Below are positions 1 through 12,770 of a stretch of DNA of 64,000 nt, piece after piece. The position numbers were made by a program, and so were the translations under genes. The notes beneath the pieces were generated by a model, which did no database searches, was not told the DNA's origin, and was given only the letters and a program-made list of their open reading frames with translations. The stretch comes from Eledone cirrhosa. Taxonomy: Eukaryota. Each line of letters begins with the position of its first letter. Position 1 is the stretch's first letter. The stretch lies in NCBI GenBank assembly GCA_964016885.1, contig OZ024743.1, forward strand, positions 105,586,001 to 105,650,000. Reading direction: 5' to 3'.

Positions 1-575
1 AGTGTTACAGAAGGAGTTGAAAATAAATATTTTGAAATTAAGCAGTATTGTCTCTATTTTTCTTCCTTCGATCCCGAAAAGAAATGTTGAAACAACGGAG
101 GAAAATGCGAGAGAAATTAAATTTCAAATGACTGAGCATTGCTCAAACAAATTCACCGATAAATACATTCTGAGGGAATTTTACCGTGGCGCAATGTGTG
201 ACAAAGCTGGCCCGTTGAGATACATATGCAGTTCATTTGTACCAGCCGAACGAACTGGAACTTTGTGAAATAAAGTCTTTAACACAATGAAACTTCACTC
301 CACAAGTAAATCGAACGTATGCATTTACGATCACGAGTTGAACACCCTAACCAAACTTCCACAGGACTACACACGATATTAGGACGACTGAGATGAAATA
401 TGCACTCATTCACTATGCTTACTGAAATAACTGGTGAGGTCTTCATACCTAAACAAATATCATATCTTCTAATCCAGCTTTGTTTCACGAAAAGAATTAT
501 CTTGTTGAAGACGGCATGTCAAAAACAACGAACCTATATACGAAGCACAATTATGTCGGTAAAGAAGAGGCTAAA

Positions 576-2050
576 TCTATATATATAAAAGCATGTTTTC
601 GATTCTGTGAATGATACTGAACCACGATTGTTGGATGACTAGAAGTACGCCTACCACAACATCATGGAAAACATTCAAAATGACAAGTGGGGCGGGGGTA
701 ATTTTCTGCATAAATGCTCCTGCTGGTACAGGTAAGACATTACTCATAAATCTCCTGCTTGCAAAAGTTCACCAAATTTAAATATTGCCCTTGCAACACT
801 TGTGGTTGCAGGAGGAACTGCACACTCTGGTTTTAAGCCCGTAGACCTCACACGAAATGAACAATCTCTTTTCAACATGAAGAAGAACTCACCCAAGGGT
901 AAAATTCTGCAAACATGCAAGATAATGGTTTGGAATGAAGCCACCATTTGCCATAAACGAAGAATTGAAGTTTGGATCGGACAACAAAGGATCTGAGAGA
1001 AAATACTTGCAAAATGGGAGGATTGAAAATGATTCAGACAAATTCTGCCATTTATTCCCCGTGGGACCCAAGCTGATCAGATCAATGCCTGCCTGAAAAC
1101 ATCCTATCTCTGGCCCCATTTCAGAGGCTGAGCCTTACCACCAATATGCGTGTGCACGTAACTGTTGACGAAGGTATCAGTTAGTTTTCCATCCAACTAT
1201 TTAAATTTAGAAATCGGCTTCTTGAAAAGGACTCCAACGAGCAGATTCAGTTGTCATTTGGCCATATCCATGGCACAGAACAAGAGCTGATTACCAGAGT
1301 GTTTCTGAACATGCAGATCAGACTTTGTAGTCCCAAATGCCTCTATCAACGAACAATCGTAGCACCGAAAATTGTTTCTCTGAACAAAATCATCAGAAGG
1401 CTGCTAGACATGTTACCGTGAGAGAAAAGATGTTACAAATCAGTTGAGACAATTACTTCCCAAGACTACGTTGTAAACTAACCAACTGAAGTTTTGAACA
1501 GTCTTGAATTAGCAGGGATTTCTCCACATATCCTCATACTGAAGCTTAGAGCATCGTTTGCACTACGTAATCTGGATCTTCCAAACGTTTACAAACGGAT
1601 AAGACTCGTTATCAAAAATAAAAAGGCTCAATGTCCTAGAGGTCGCAATCATGCCAGAGAAATTTGCTGATGATAATTATTTCAATCGCAGAAAACCTCT
1701 GGAGCCACTTAAATTTCAAAGATTTCAATTCCCTATCAGACTCAGTTTTGCAATTATCATCTCAACGGCAATCATTGAAAATCGTTGGGTTGAACCTGGT
1801 CAGCTCTATGATTGTACTTCAAGTGTTGGAAACTCTGATTGTCTCTTCATGGTAGCACCGCAGGACAAAACCGCGAATGTTGTTTATCCAGAGACTTTGG
1901 AATTAGCAATATCGTATTTTCTCCTTCCATTACAATACACACAGATCCTAATTCCTTTGTCATATAGTTTGAAAGGAATTCTGAAGTCGCAAATCTACTG
2001 TATAGTGTTACTTTGGAAGAATATGCAGGCATTCCTGGGTACCTTTGCTA
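576..2050 (+). mobile_element. Helitron internal-deletion derivative carrying a decayed PIF1-like helicase
   Basis: A|TCTATATATATAAAAG 5' end at 576. Walker A NAPAGTGKTLLINLLLAKV at ~713. IMVWNEATICHK (motif II) in ORF 802-996. QRFQFPIRLSFA and TANVVYPE in ORF 1651-2055. Decayed 3' hairpin CAGGCATTCCTGGG...GCTA at ~2026-2050. Many stops and frameshifts. Confidence 0.8.
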
Positions 2051-3120
2051 TATAAAGTAGGCTAAGTAAGAACTTTTGTCTGGTAGAAATGGCAACCAAA
2101 TTTTCTTTGAATCCTACCCTACTGTCTCGTGTATGTTTTTATCTATGAAGTCAAATTAAATGGTTCTATGTGATAACTCGATCTACTAGAAATATTAGCA
2201 AAATCCATTTCAAATAAAATCCAACTGTCTTTCACCCCCCCCCCCCCCACACACACACGTGTGTATATATATGTATGTCAAGGAAGCCACTATAACTGTT
2301 GGTATTTGTAATAAAAGAATCTACCTCAAACACGACCCTATTCCCAGAGAGGCAAACATTGGTGAAAACTACAGTGTAAAAATCTAAATACTCTCTCCTG
2401 AGTTACAGAAATGAGTAAGTAGATGCTTCATTCAATCATGAAACAATACTAAATTTATCTTTTATTTTGATTTATTTATGATTCTCAAACTAGCTTTCAC
2501 ATGTTGTTTGGATTTCAGCAGTTCTCTTTGTGCCAAAAAGGGAAAAAAAAAAAGAAAACCAAATGTATGTTTTGGTCATGTCCTGGTCACTCACAATATA
2601 CATTATGATTCATCTATGGGTAAAGCATTATATATGCTGACTGTAAATGGGATTAAAATTCAAAACAACACCACTGGACAAAAATAATATTTTCATCTAG
2701 ATAATTTGCTTCGAACAAGCGATGATGACTATTCTGCTATAATTCCTAAATAAGTTGAAATACACTAATCATATTTCATTTGTCAAATATTTCATAATAT
2801 GTGCCAAAATATATTGTAACTTTCTTAAAATATCCGGTCATCAGCGGATACATCTGTTAGTTCATATATATTTCAAATACATTTTACCTGGAAAGAAAAG
2901 AGAACTGCAGTGGTTCTTTAAAAATATGGGAGAATAATAAAAATAAGGGGAGAACTAAATTCATGGAACTGTATCCGATATAAAATGAAAGATTCTTGAA
3001 AGGAACATGGTGTCCAGAAATGTAATTAATATATGCGTATTAGGTAACTTTATATATAAATATGTTGATTTAAAACTGCACTATTCACAAGTGTTGTTTA
3101 ACCTTCATATCATGTCTCCC

Positions 3121-3191
3121 TATTGTATCTGACGAAAACGCAAATGTCATCGCATGATGATATTTGTTTTTGAAATGCGCATAATAAAATA
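3121..3191 (+). ncRNA. Type I hammerhead ribozyme motif (PLE/retrozyme type)
   Basis: Stem I TATTGTAT/ATAAAATA; CTGACGA 3129-3135; 16-bp stem II AAACGCAAATGTCATC-GCAT-GATGATATTTGTTTTT; GAAA 3172-3175; palindromic TGCGCA; predicted cleavage after AUA at 3183. Confidence 0.8.
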
Positions 3192-3221
3192 CATGGAACT
3201 CTTTTAACCATCTTTTGATCT

Positions 3222-3410
3222 TATATATTATTTATACTCCAGTTCTACAAATTGTAGAGTGCTACTTATCCGATATCTACATTGCTATATATGTAGGAGG
3301 TGAGTTTTATATATGTAGGAGGTGAGTTGTATTGTAGTACAATAAAGCAATGCAGATATCGGATAAGTAGCACTCTACACTTTGTAGGACTGGAGTATAA
3401 ATAATATATA
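3222..3410. repeat. Foldback inverted repeat (~65-bp arms) downstream of the hammerhead; pLTR-like
   Basis: 3222-3286 is the near-perfect reverse complement of 3346-3410. The loop holds a tandem duplicate TATATATGTAGGAGGTGAGTT x2. Ends in (TA)n. Confidence 0.85.
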
Positions 3411-3478
3411 TATAGTTATATATATATATATATATATAGACTGTATATACATACATATTTGTGTATATTTATAAAATG

Positions 3479-3517
<39 letters not shown>

Positions 3518-3987
3518 TATGCGTGTGTGTGCGTGTGCGTGTTTGTATTTAAATTTGAGTGGATTGTATGAATAAGCCATTTGCTGCTTATCCGCCAGAT
3601 TAGAAAATGTCATAAGATGCATTCGTATATAACACTATATGTATGAAAAACTTGACTGTAAATAAAAAATTTAGGAGTTGCATCAGAGAATGGCTATTGC
3701 TATGTTTAAATCTATATTTTTAAAGACCCTAACATATAGAAAAATGTGCTTAATGGTGTGTATGTGTTTCCGTGTTGGTGTATTCGTCTGTGTATATGAT
3801 ATTTATCAAATATCCTAGTCTAACTCACAGAAACTGACGTCCTGTTTCTCTGGAAAATTCCAGTTGAACACACGGATTTTATATCACAAAATAAAATGCG
3901 ATAACAGGAGGAAGGCATTGCTGGAAAGATTATATGGACAAAGCAAGGAGGCGAGGCGGAGGAGGAAGTGGAGGAGGAGGGGGGGGG

Positions 3988-4048
3988 GGAAGAAGAAGAA
4001 GAAGAAGAAGAAGAAGAAGAAGAAGAAGAAGAAGAAGAAGAAGAAGAA
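3988..4048. repeat. (GAA)n microsatellite
   Basis: Pure GAA run; explains the polyE/K/S/F ORFs here. Confidence 0.95.
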
Positions 4049-4455
4049 ATAAAATCGCAATTTCGACTGGAAGTTAAACTGACATTTTCCCTGCAACACA
4101 GAAGCAAGGAAAAGATTCTACCAAATGGTGAACAATCTCAGAAATTTAAATAACACCATTTGTCAATTTGTAATTATTCCCAAATCACCAAAATGTCACA
4201 GTATATTTTGCTTTCGTTACATTTTGATTTCAGCTTTCAATTGTTTCTTCCTTGTAAAAATTGTTTTTGTATTATCTCGTATTTACCAAAGCGATCTCCA
4301 TTTGTTAATCGTAAATTATATATTTCCTTTAGTTTCTCTCTCTCTCTCTCTCTGTATATACATGTATATACATATATATGTATATACATATATGTATATA
4401 CACACATCTATTTATCTATCTATGTATATATATATATATATATATATATACATAC

Positions 4456-4487
<32 letters not shown>

Positions 4488-5134
4488 ATTCCGTGAACTA
4501 TGTCTCCCACTTGCTCAATCATTCTCTCTTTACCTCTCCATCCGACTATCACTTTACATTTTCCTACCTGATTCTTTCTAATGATGTGCTTTCAAACTTA
4601 TTTTGTATCTTGTAGTGTACGTAGCGTGGTCGAATGTTTGAGGAATTTGATTTGCAATCATTAGATGCCAGGGCCAGGCAAATGATTCAAATATTGTTTA
4701 TAGAATTATTATTACGCTCCTAAGCGTTGACACGCGCACTTTTATAATTTCGAATTATCCTAATAATTCCCAGGTCAATCGTTTTGTTTACAATTCGAGT
4801 TGCAGTCTTAAAATCTTATAAAAAGGCAGAAATGTTTCCGAGCGGTTCTTTAAGTTATTGGTTAACGTACTAAATTCTATTAGAGAGAGGCGATGTTCGA
4901 TTGCCCAGATGCATTCTGTCCTCATTTTCCGCCAGCAGGTGTATTTTATTCGATTTTATCATCAATGTTAAATGAAGGGATCGACAATTATTGTCATTTT
5001 AATCAGATTATTTCCAAGTCAACTGATTCAATTATATCTATCTATCTGTATATATATATATATAATATTAAGGATACTATTTATGGTTATGTATATTCTA
5101 AAACTTTTTATAGTTATGTATATTTTAAACCCTA

Positions 5135-5325
5135 AACAGTGAAGGTCAGTAATTTATTACTACCTTATTACCAGTAAGATAAATAGCTCAATGCAATAAC
5201 ATCAGTTGTTCTACAGAGCAATTATATAGAATTCAGTTATATAGAATCAAAGCTATGTTCAAAGCATTTATTCACTTACAATTGTTTCATCCAAACCTAG
5301 GCTTGGTGACTTCGGAGCATTTTTC
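5135..5325 (-). mobile_element. PLE-like terminal fragment with decayed hammerhead (family shared with 22144-22735)
   Basis: AACAGTGAAGGTCAGTAATTTATTACTACCTTATTACCAGTAAG matches 22144 onward. Minus strand reads TGCT-CCGAAGT-stem II-GAAA-CAATTG-TA-AGTG. Confidence 0.6.
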
Positions 5326-5421
5326 AATGTTTGTACACATAATTGACCTCCTTTCCAACGCAAGAGACATACAGATACATATATATATATTGATGTACAG
5401 ATATATATATCTATAGTTTGT

Positions 5422-5536
5422 GAAGGCGCATGGCTGAGTCGTTATCGAATTGGTTTCGCAATCGAGAAGTTGAGATTTCGATTCCCGGACCGGGCGATGC
5501 CTTGTCCTTGAGCAAGGCACTTTATTTCACGTTGCC
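5422..5536 (+). mobile_element. tRNA-derived SINE fragment
   Basis: A-box-like TGGCTGAGTCG, B-box-like TTCGATTCCC, then GTCCTTGAGCAAGGCACTTTATTTCACGTTGC, typical of a conserved SINE central domain. Confidence 0.6.
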
Positions 5537-5556
5537 TCTTCTCCCTGGATTTGTGT

Positions 5557-5880
5557 TCGATAGATAGTATTATCAATTGGAAAGAACAACGGAAACATTG
5601 TTTCCTCGGTTCGATTTGACGAAAATCAATTGACTGTCTATATCTATCTCTTTGTCTGTTAATCTCTCTCTCTATATATATATGTATATATATATATAAG
5701 GTTCGGACCTAGGAAACAATGTTTCCGTTGGTCTTTCCAATTGCTATTACTATCTATCGCTCCTTCTACTTGGAGTTGCGACCGATAGATAGTATTAGCA
5801 ATTGGAAAGACCAACGGAAACATTGTTTCCTCGGTCCGATTTGACGAAAGTCGATCGTTACTCAAAATATATATATGACC
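5557..5880. repeat. Direct plus inverted repeat module with decayed hammerhead
   Basis: 5703-5759 is inverted relative to 5783-5839. 5557-5625 is a direct copy of the right arm. The right arm runs into GGTC..TTGACGA..AAAA TATATA TA TGACC. Confidence 0.75.
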
Positions 5881-6015
5881 AAAGATTAATATGCTTCATT
5901 GATTACTCAATGAATATAGTTTTACAATAGATTAAAAGCACTCTACAGTAAAGTTTTCTGGAGTTATTATTATTCAGAATAATAATAAATGAAGACATTC
6001 ACATAATCAAAATAT

Positions 6016-6085
6016 ATGTTTTTTTATATATATTTCGAAGGTACTGAGCTATTTTTTCAGTACGTCCTCGTCAGATAAAATACAT
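6016..6085 (-). ncRNA. Type I hammerhead ribozyme motif
   Basis: Minus strand: TGTATTTTAT-CTGACGA-GGACGTACTGA(loop)TCAGTACCTTC-GAAA-TATATA-TA-AAAAAACAT. Core intact, stem I partly decayed. Confidence 0.7.
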
Positions 6086-6599
6086 GAAATATATGACATA
6101 CCTCAACTGTCTTGATAGTTCAATTCGAGTATTGGCAGTGATTTATTACAACAAATCTCAACATTTATATACTACAAATAATAATAGGATACACTTAAAT
6201 TTAAAGAAGAAGAGGACGCGGAGCGAGATATGGGTATATGGAGGGGATGAATAAGGGGAAAAGCAAGAAGAAAATAAATAAAGACATACATAAATATTTA
6301 AAAGAGTAAATAGAAGTGTTAGGGAATAAATTTATAAAAAGAAAAAGGAAGAGAGAGAGAGAGAGAGAGAGAGAAGAGAGAATAAGTAAGAAGAAATAAC
6401 GACAAAAAAAGAAAGAAAGAAAGAAATGATGCGAATATTCGGCAGGACCAAACAGCACCAAATTTGCACCATAGATGTAACTTTTTCCAAGTAAAAAGTG
6501 AGGGTATTTTTGTCTACTGAAATTTGTTAAAAGATTAAAGACATTATTTAAATATTCACTTCTTTAAAATTTCAAATGTCAACAATTCCGGTTATACGA

Positions 6600-7817
6600 C
6601 ATCCCTCACTTTTTCTTATGACGTCGCATAACATTCCCCTATTTTCTTAGTCTGTCTTTTTAGATAGATACATAGCAATAACGTAGCGCCCTTATAATAT
6701 GTCTCTGTATGTCTGGCTGTCTGCATTAGATAACGTTTTTCGAAATATTCACTTCTGCGTTCACAGATTGATTTTTTTAGTTTTATAAGACCCCGTTAAG
6801 GGTGAAAGCCTTTTCTGAAACTTTAATCTGTTATTTTAATATATATATTCGTGTACAGATATTTTTGCATACACAAAAACAAAAACATATTTATTTCACG
6901 AAAGCACAGACGGTTTATCGTCATTGTTACTGTTCGAGGTTAGAGAACCATAGTCTTTCCAAGATCTGAGAATCATCAATGGCTATCAATGTTCCACTTA
7001 CCGTTTGGATTGCCAGATGCGTGGTATGTTACACGATGACAGCCATTGGGACCGCAACCTGCAAGAAGCAGCAACTGCTAAAGCCTCTTCTCAGCTGCGA
7101 AAACCCTTTGCTTTTTGCTATTATGCTGCACAACAGCGATCTCGCCGACCCTCTCGCACTGTGGAACAACCACCGCGAATGTCTAGCTGAGGACATCTTC
7201 CAACTCACACGTAGACACAATCCGAACGTAACATACGATGTCGTTTTCAATGATGCACTCATTTGTCTTGAAAACAGTGTCCTGGAGATTGGTGGTAGGC
7301 CTCTTAGTCACTACAGCTTACCTGCTCCCGACAGGAGTGTCCAGAGGTCAACATCTACAGAGCTTCTCCGCGAGACGAGCTACAAGATCAGTGCTTCTCG
7401 CATGGTCAATTGTATGTAGGATGCTCTAGGGTGAGCTCGCCAAACAATCTCTACATCTTTGCTCCGGAGGGCCGACAAAAAAAATTGTATACTCTGAGGC
7501 TCTAACAATGTAATTTAAATATTTTCTGTTACTTGGAATTTCCATTATGGTTGTACAAATTATTGCTAAAAAATGTGTTCTCTGTTCAGCCTTTATTGTT
7601 GTAACTATCAATTTTCGTTAACGTACTGGCTGCTGAACTGGGGAATCCTAAAAACTATTCAAACCCAACATCAGAGAACGTTAACCTCCCACCAACCCAC
7701 ACCAACCTCACAGTCTTGAGAGGGCGAGCGGTATCTTTGCACTGGAGTGGAGGAGGGATTCCTGAAAAGATAAAATACCGGTATACCTAGCCGGCGCCAG
7801 CCGGACGGGTCAGATAG
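6600..7817 (+). mobile_element. Non-autonomous Helitron with RepHel linker fragment
   Basis: DCQMRGMLHDDSHWDRNLQEAA and DPLALWNNHRECLAEDI (RepHel inter-domain region) at 6900-7400. 3' GC hairpin CCGGCGCCAGCCGG followed by ATAG|T. 6660-6715 is homologous to 37335-37390. The 5' boundary is uncertain. Confidence 0.7.
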
Positions 7818-8534
7818 TATATATATATATATATGTCATATGGATTCTTAGCGACAATTTATTTTTTCCTCCCTTTACGACGTTCTTCTTATCTATCCAT
7901 ATTTTCCATTTCGTTTTCCATTTCGTTGTTCCCTGTTTTCAATTCGATGATCATCCTTCTCGATTCCTCTACTATTTCTATTCTTTTATACAACATTATA
8001 CAACATTCCTTTCGATTCACATTTTGCTTTTATCCCTATTCGCAATATCTAAACTGCAATCATCCTTTCTGAAGTTACTGATTATATTGGCCTGTACTCA
8101 CTCTTTATAGTTATTATACCTATCCGCTTTCTTTCTTCGGCTTCCTCTTATGCCCTTTATGCCGTTATATATTCCAATCTGCTTTATCTTTCAAAATCCT
8201 TATTTACAATTCTCAGTCTCCTAATTTAACTGTTGTTTACAATATCTCTGCAAACGTTTCTCTCGCAATAACAGTTCTCGTACAACATACGTGCATACAT
8301 ACATACGCAGAAACATGCGCACGCTTACACATACATGAACACACACATACACACATATATAGTACATATATACGAATACACAAACACACGGACACACACA
8401 CAGACACCTACACATATACAGACACATACACACACATACATATAAACATATATGCTTACATACACATATACATACATATATACATACATACATATATACT
8501 GACACTTACGCACGTACATACATATATGCATACA

Positions 8535-8593
<59 letters not shown>

Positions 8594-8598
8594 GTATG

Positions 8599-9591
<993 letters not shown>

Positions 9592-9909
9592 TACATACAT
9601 ACATATATACATACATATATACTTAGATAGGCACGTACAAAACACATATATGCTCAATGTTACCTCTCATCTATGCTTCAGTCATCTGATTAAATTTCCC
9701 AAATGTTATTCTCTGTCTGTGTATCGTTGTTACCACAATTTTCTTTCTGAAAAGGTGTTGTCGTTGCTGTCAATTGAACACTCCAGCAAAGTAGCATATC
9801 ACATCTCCGAAATATATGCAAGCATGTATATATATGTTTGCCAGCGTAGTCTTCTATTCTTCTCCATGAATGTGTATATCTGAGAGCCCATGCACACGTG
9901 TGTTCCTTA

Positions 9910-10010
<101 letters not shown>

Positions 10011-10326
10011 GGGGGGGGGGGGGTGAGTCTGTGGGTGGGTGTGTGAGTGTGTGTGTTTATGTGTGTGTGTGCGTTTGTGTGTCTGTGCATACACACCTTC
10101 ATACATGACATCAAAACAGAGCGCGCGCGCAAGAGATAGAATGAGAGAGACAGAGGGAGAGAGATAGAAAGAGAGCGGGAGTAGGAGAGTGAGAGAGAAG
10201 TGAAATAAGAATGATTTTTCGGTGCTATTGATATGGTATCAAGATTGCTTTCATCATAGGTACGTATAATACTAGGTGTTTTTTTCTGTTTTCTTCATTT
10301 ACACCCTTGCAATATTATTATAAAAA

Positions 10327-10363
<37 letters not shown>

Positions 10364-10579
10364 GAATGCCATGGTCGACGGAGGCTCGGCTCTGTAAGGT
10401 ATAGTAATTTTTGACCGCTATAACAATTGTAAATTGTTTAAAACTTTAACCAAATTGTAGATAAAAACACCCTCCTCCTCGTGAGAGGGGTCTTTCTGCC
10501 CGTTATTTGGCCTTTCGGGGTTAAATAACCGCTTATTGGGGTTTTGTGCCCAATATTCATTTTAAACCGTAAAAAAAAC

Positions 10580-10956
10580 ATGGCTACAAAAAAGAATTTT
10601 CACAAGTCACTCCCACTCATTCCGTCTTCTTCTTCCTCAATCGTCACTACATCAGAGAGAAGATTGTCTCTCTCCCTCCCTTCTCTAAATGTTGTGTCGC
10701 CTCTTTCGCAAGCGACGCCATTAAAGAAAAATAAAAATATAGTTTCTAGTAGCTTTCACCAAGAGAACGTGCATTCAGTGGAACATTTCTCCGCGACGAC
10801 GACAACGACGAAAAATGTGTGCGGTAAATACGGAATGCCATTTCATTCGTCTGACGTCATGAAGAATAGCAGCAGCAGCCGTAATAACAGCAACAGCAGC
10901 AACAGTGACAAGGAAAACACTAGTAGCAGCCGCAACAACATCAACAGCAGCATAAA

Positions 10957-10988
<32 letters not shown>

Positions 10989-12735
10989 ACAACAACAGCA
11001 GCAGCAGCAACAACAACAACAACCACAGCAACAGCGGCGGCGGCGGTCGTAGTACCAGCAGCAACAACAAAAGTAACAGCAGCTCTGACGACAACAACAA
11101 GAAAGAAAAACCAATCTCGTTTGCAGGTATCGCAAAGAACCTGGAAACCATCCTTATAACAAATGGGGAATTACAGGAAGCAAAGAAGATGGTGACGAAA
11201 ACCGGACACCGACCAATCTGAAAGGCAGCCGAAAAATGTTTCGAAATCCAACAGCACAGTACAGTCACGTACCGTAGAGTAAGCACAAAATCACGTAGGT
11301 TTGAAAGAGCCACAGAGGCTCAAATAAAAAAAGCATTAGGGCCTGTGTGGCAGCGGAAAACACACATCACCCGAGGCAAGAAATATGCCACCGTAGACAT
11401 GCTTTTTTCCACACCCCAGGAGGCAAAGGCTCAATCCTTAGTGACCCTATGGAGCGAGGAAATGGTGTTGGTGCCCTCCTAATGCGGGCAAAAATTTGTA
11501 AGGGTAAAACTGACCCACGTCCCGCCCGGGATGGCCCCTTCTTGGCTGGTCGCGTCTGTCCTCGTCGGAATCGAGGACAAAACAACTGTACTGCAAGTAC
11601 AGAAAAAAGTACGAGAAGATTGGGTAGGCACCTCCATTGAGATGTTAATCCAAACCAACCATGAGTGCATCGAAGCTATCCCGGATGTGATAGACTTCGA
11701 TAACGGCACTCAACTACCCATAAGTGTTGAGGGCAAACGCACGAAATGCTTTCGCTGTGGGTCGAAGACTCACCTCAGGACCTTCTACAATGAGAAGACC
11801 CCGAGAAAGGAGAACAAATCCTCCTTCTTCCGAAACCGGCTCCACTGCTACCAGCAACAGGATAGGCGGCAAGCAGGAAGGATAGGTCCGTGGCACCCAT
11901 ACCCACGCCACGGAAATCAAGAACAGCACCAGCAGTGGAAGTATTAACAACAACAACAGTAATACCAACTGCACTTGCAACAGAGACTCCACTGCAACCA
12001 TTACCAACAAGAACAAGTGAAAGAGTGGAGCTGGTACCCCTCCCCGACCTCACAGAATCGGACATGGAGTTTGAGGTGGGAGAGGGATGGAAAAAGTTCG
12101 CAAGTAGGCACAAACGCAGAAGCAGCGCTTCGTCGCCTTCGAAAAGGGAGGGAAGAAATGAAAAAAGGGTAAAGGCTACAGCAAAGAAACTTACAGCAGC
12201 AACACCACCAACACTATCACCACCCGCACTAGCACCACCATCACCACCGGCGGCAACACCACCGCTAACAACACCAACACCTTCAACACCACCACCAGAC
12301 GCACCAACATCGCAAACACAACAACAAAAAACAAACACCCAGCAACAACGACAAGAAAATAGCAGAACCACACCCCACCCCCAGAAAAAGAAATGCACAG
12401 CAATAAATACACACAAGAAGAAACTAATGATTTCCATAATTGAACACACAGACATTTCACAGGACGTCTACATAATACCAGCACCAATCAAAACACCAAC
12501 GAACATAAGACTGGTAAGAATAGTACAGAAACAATACACAAACAATAAAATAAAATTCCCCAACGCAGTTGGTGATTTCAGAGACCTAGGAGGGACACTC
12601 AACCGGAGAGTATATTTCGGATATACTCACAGAAGAGCCGACGACCAGCCGAAGGGACGATTCAACGGTCCCTTCACCAGACGATCAAGTGGAAAGGGAT
12701 AGAGAAACCAACCTTCCTCTACGAGAAGTAAGGTA
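10580..12735 (+). pseudogene. Tx1 ORF1 (gag-like, zinc knuckle), disrupted
   Basis: ORFs 10544-11221, 11531-11947 and 11890-12702. PolyS/N tract, CFRCGSKTHLRTFY knuckle remnant and Pro/Thr-rich tail; homologous to 41349-42733. Confidence 0.75.
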
Positions 12736-12770
12736 AGTGGTCTTTCCCATCTTTTCCACACCATTTCAAC

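Noticed and set aside
2-575. ORFs 2-268 and 400-588
   Set aside because: No recognisable motif; may be a decayed element truncated by the window edge.
3820-4153. PolyE/K/S/F ORFs here and polyL/K ORFs at 20413-21045
   Set aside because: Explained by GAA/CTT microsatellites.
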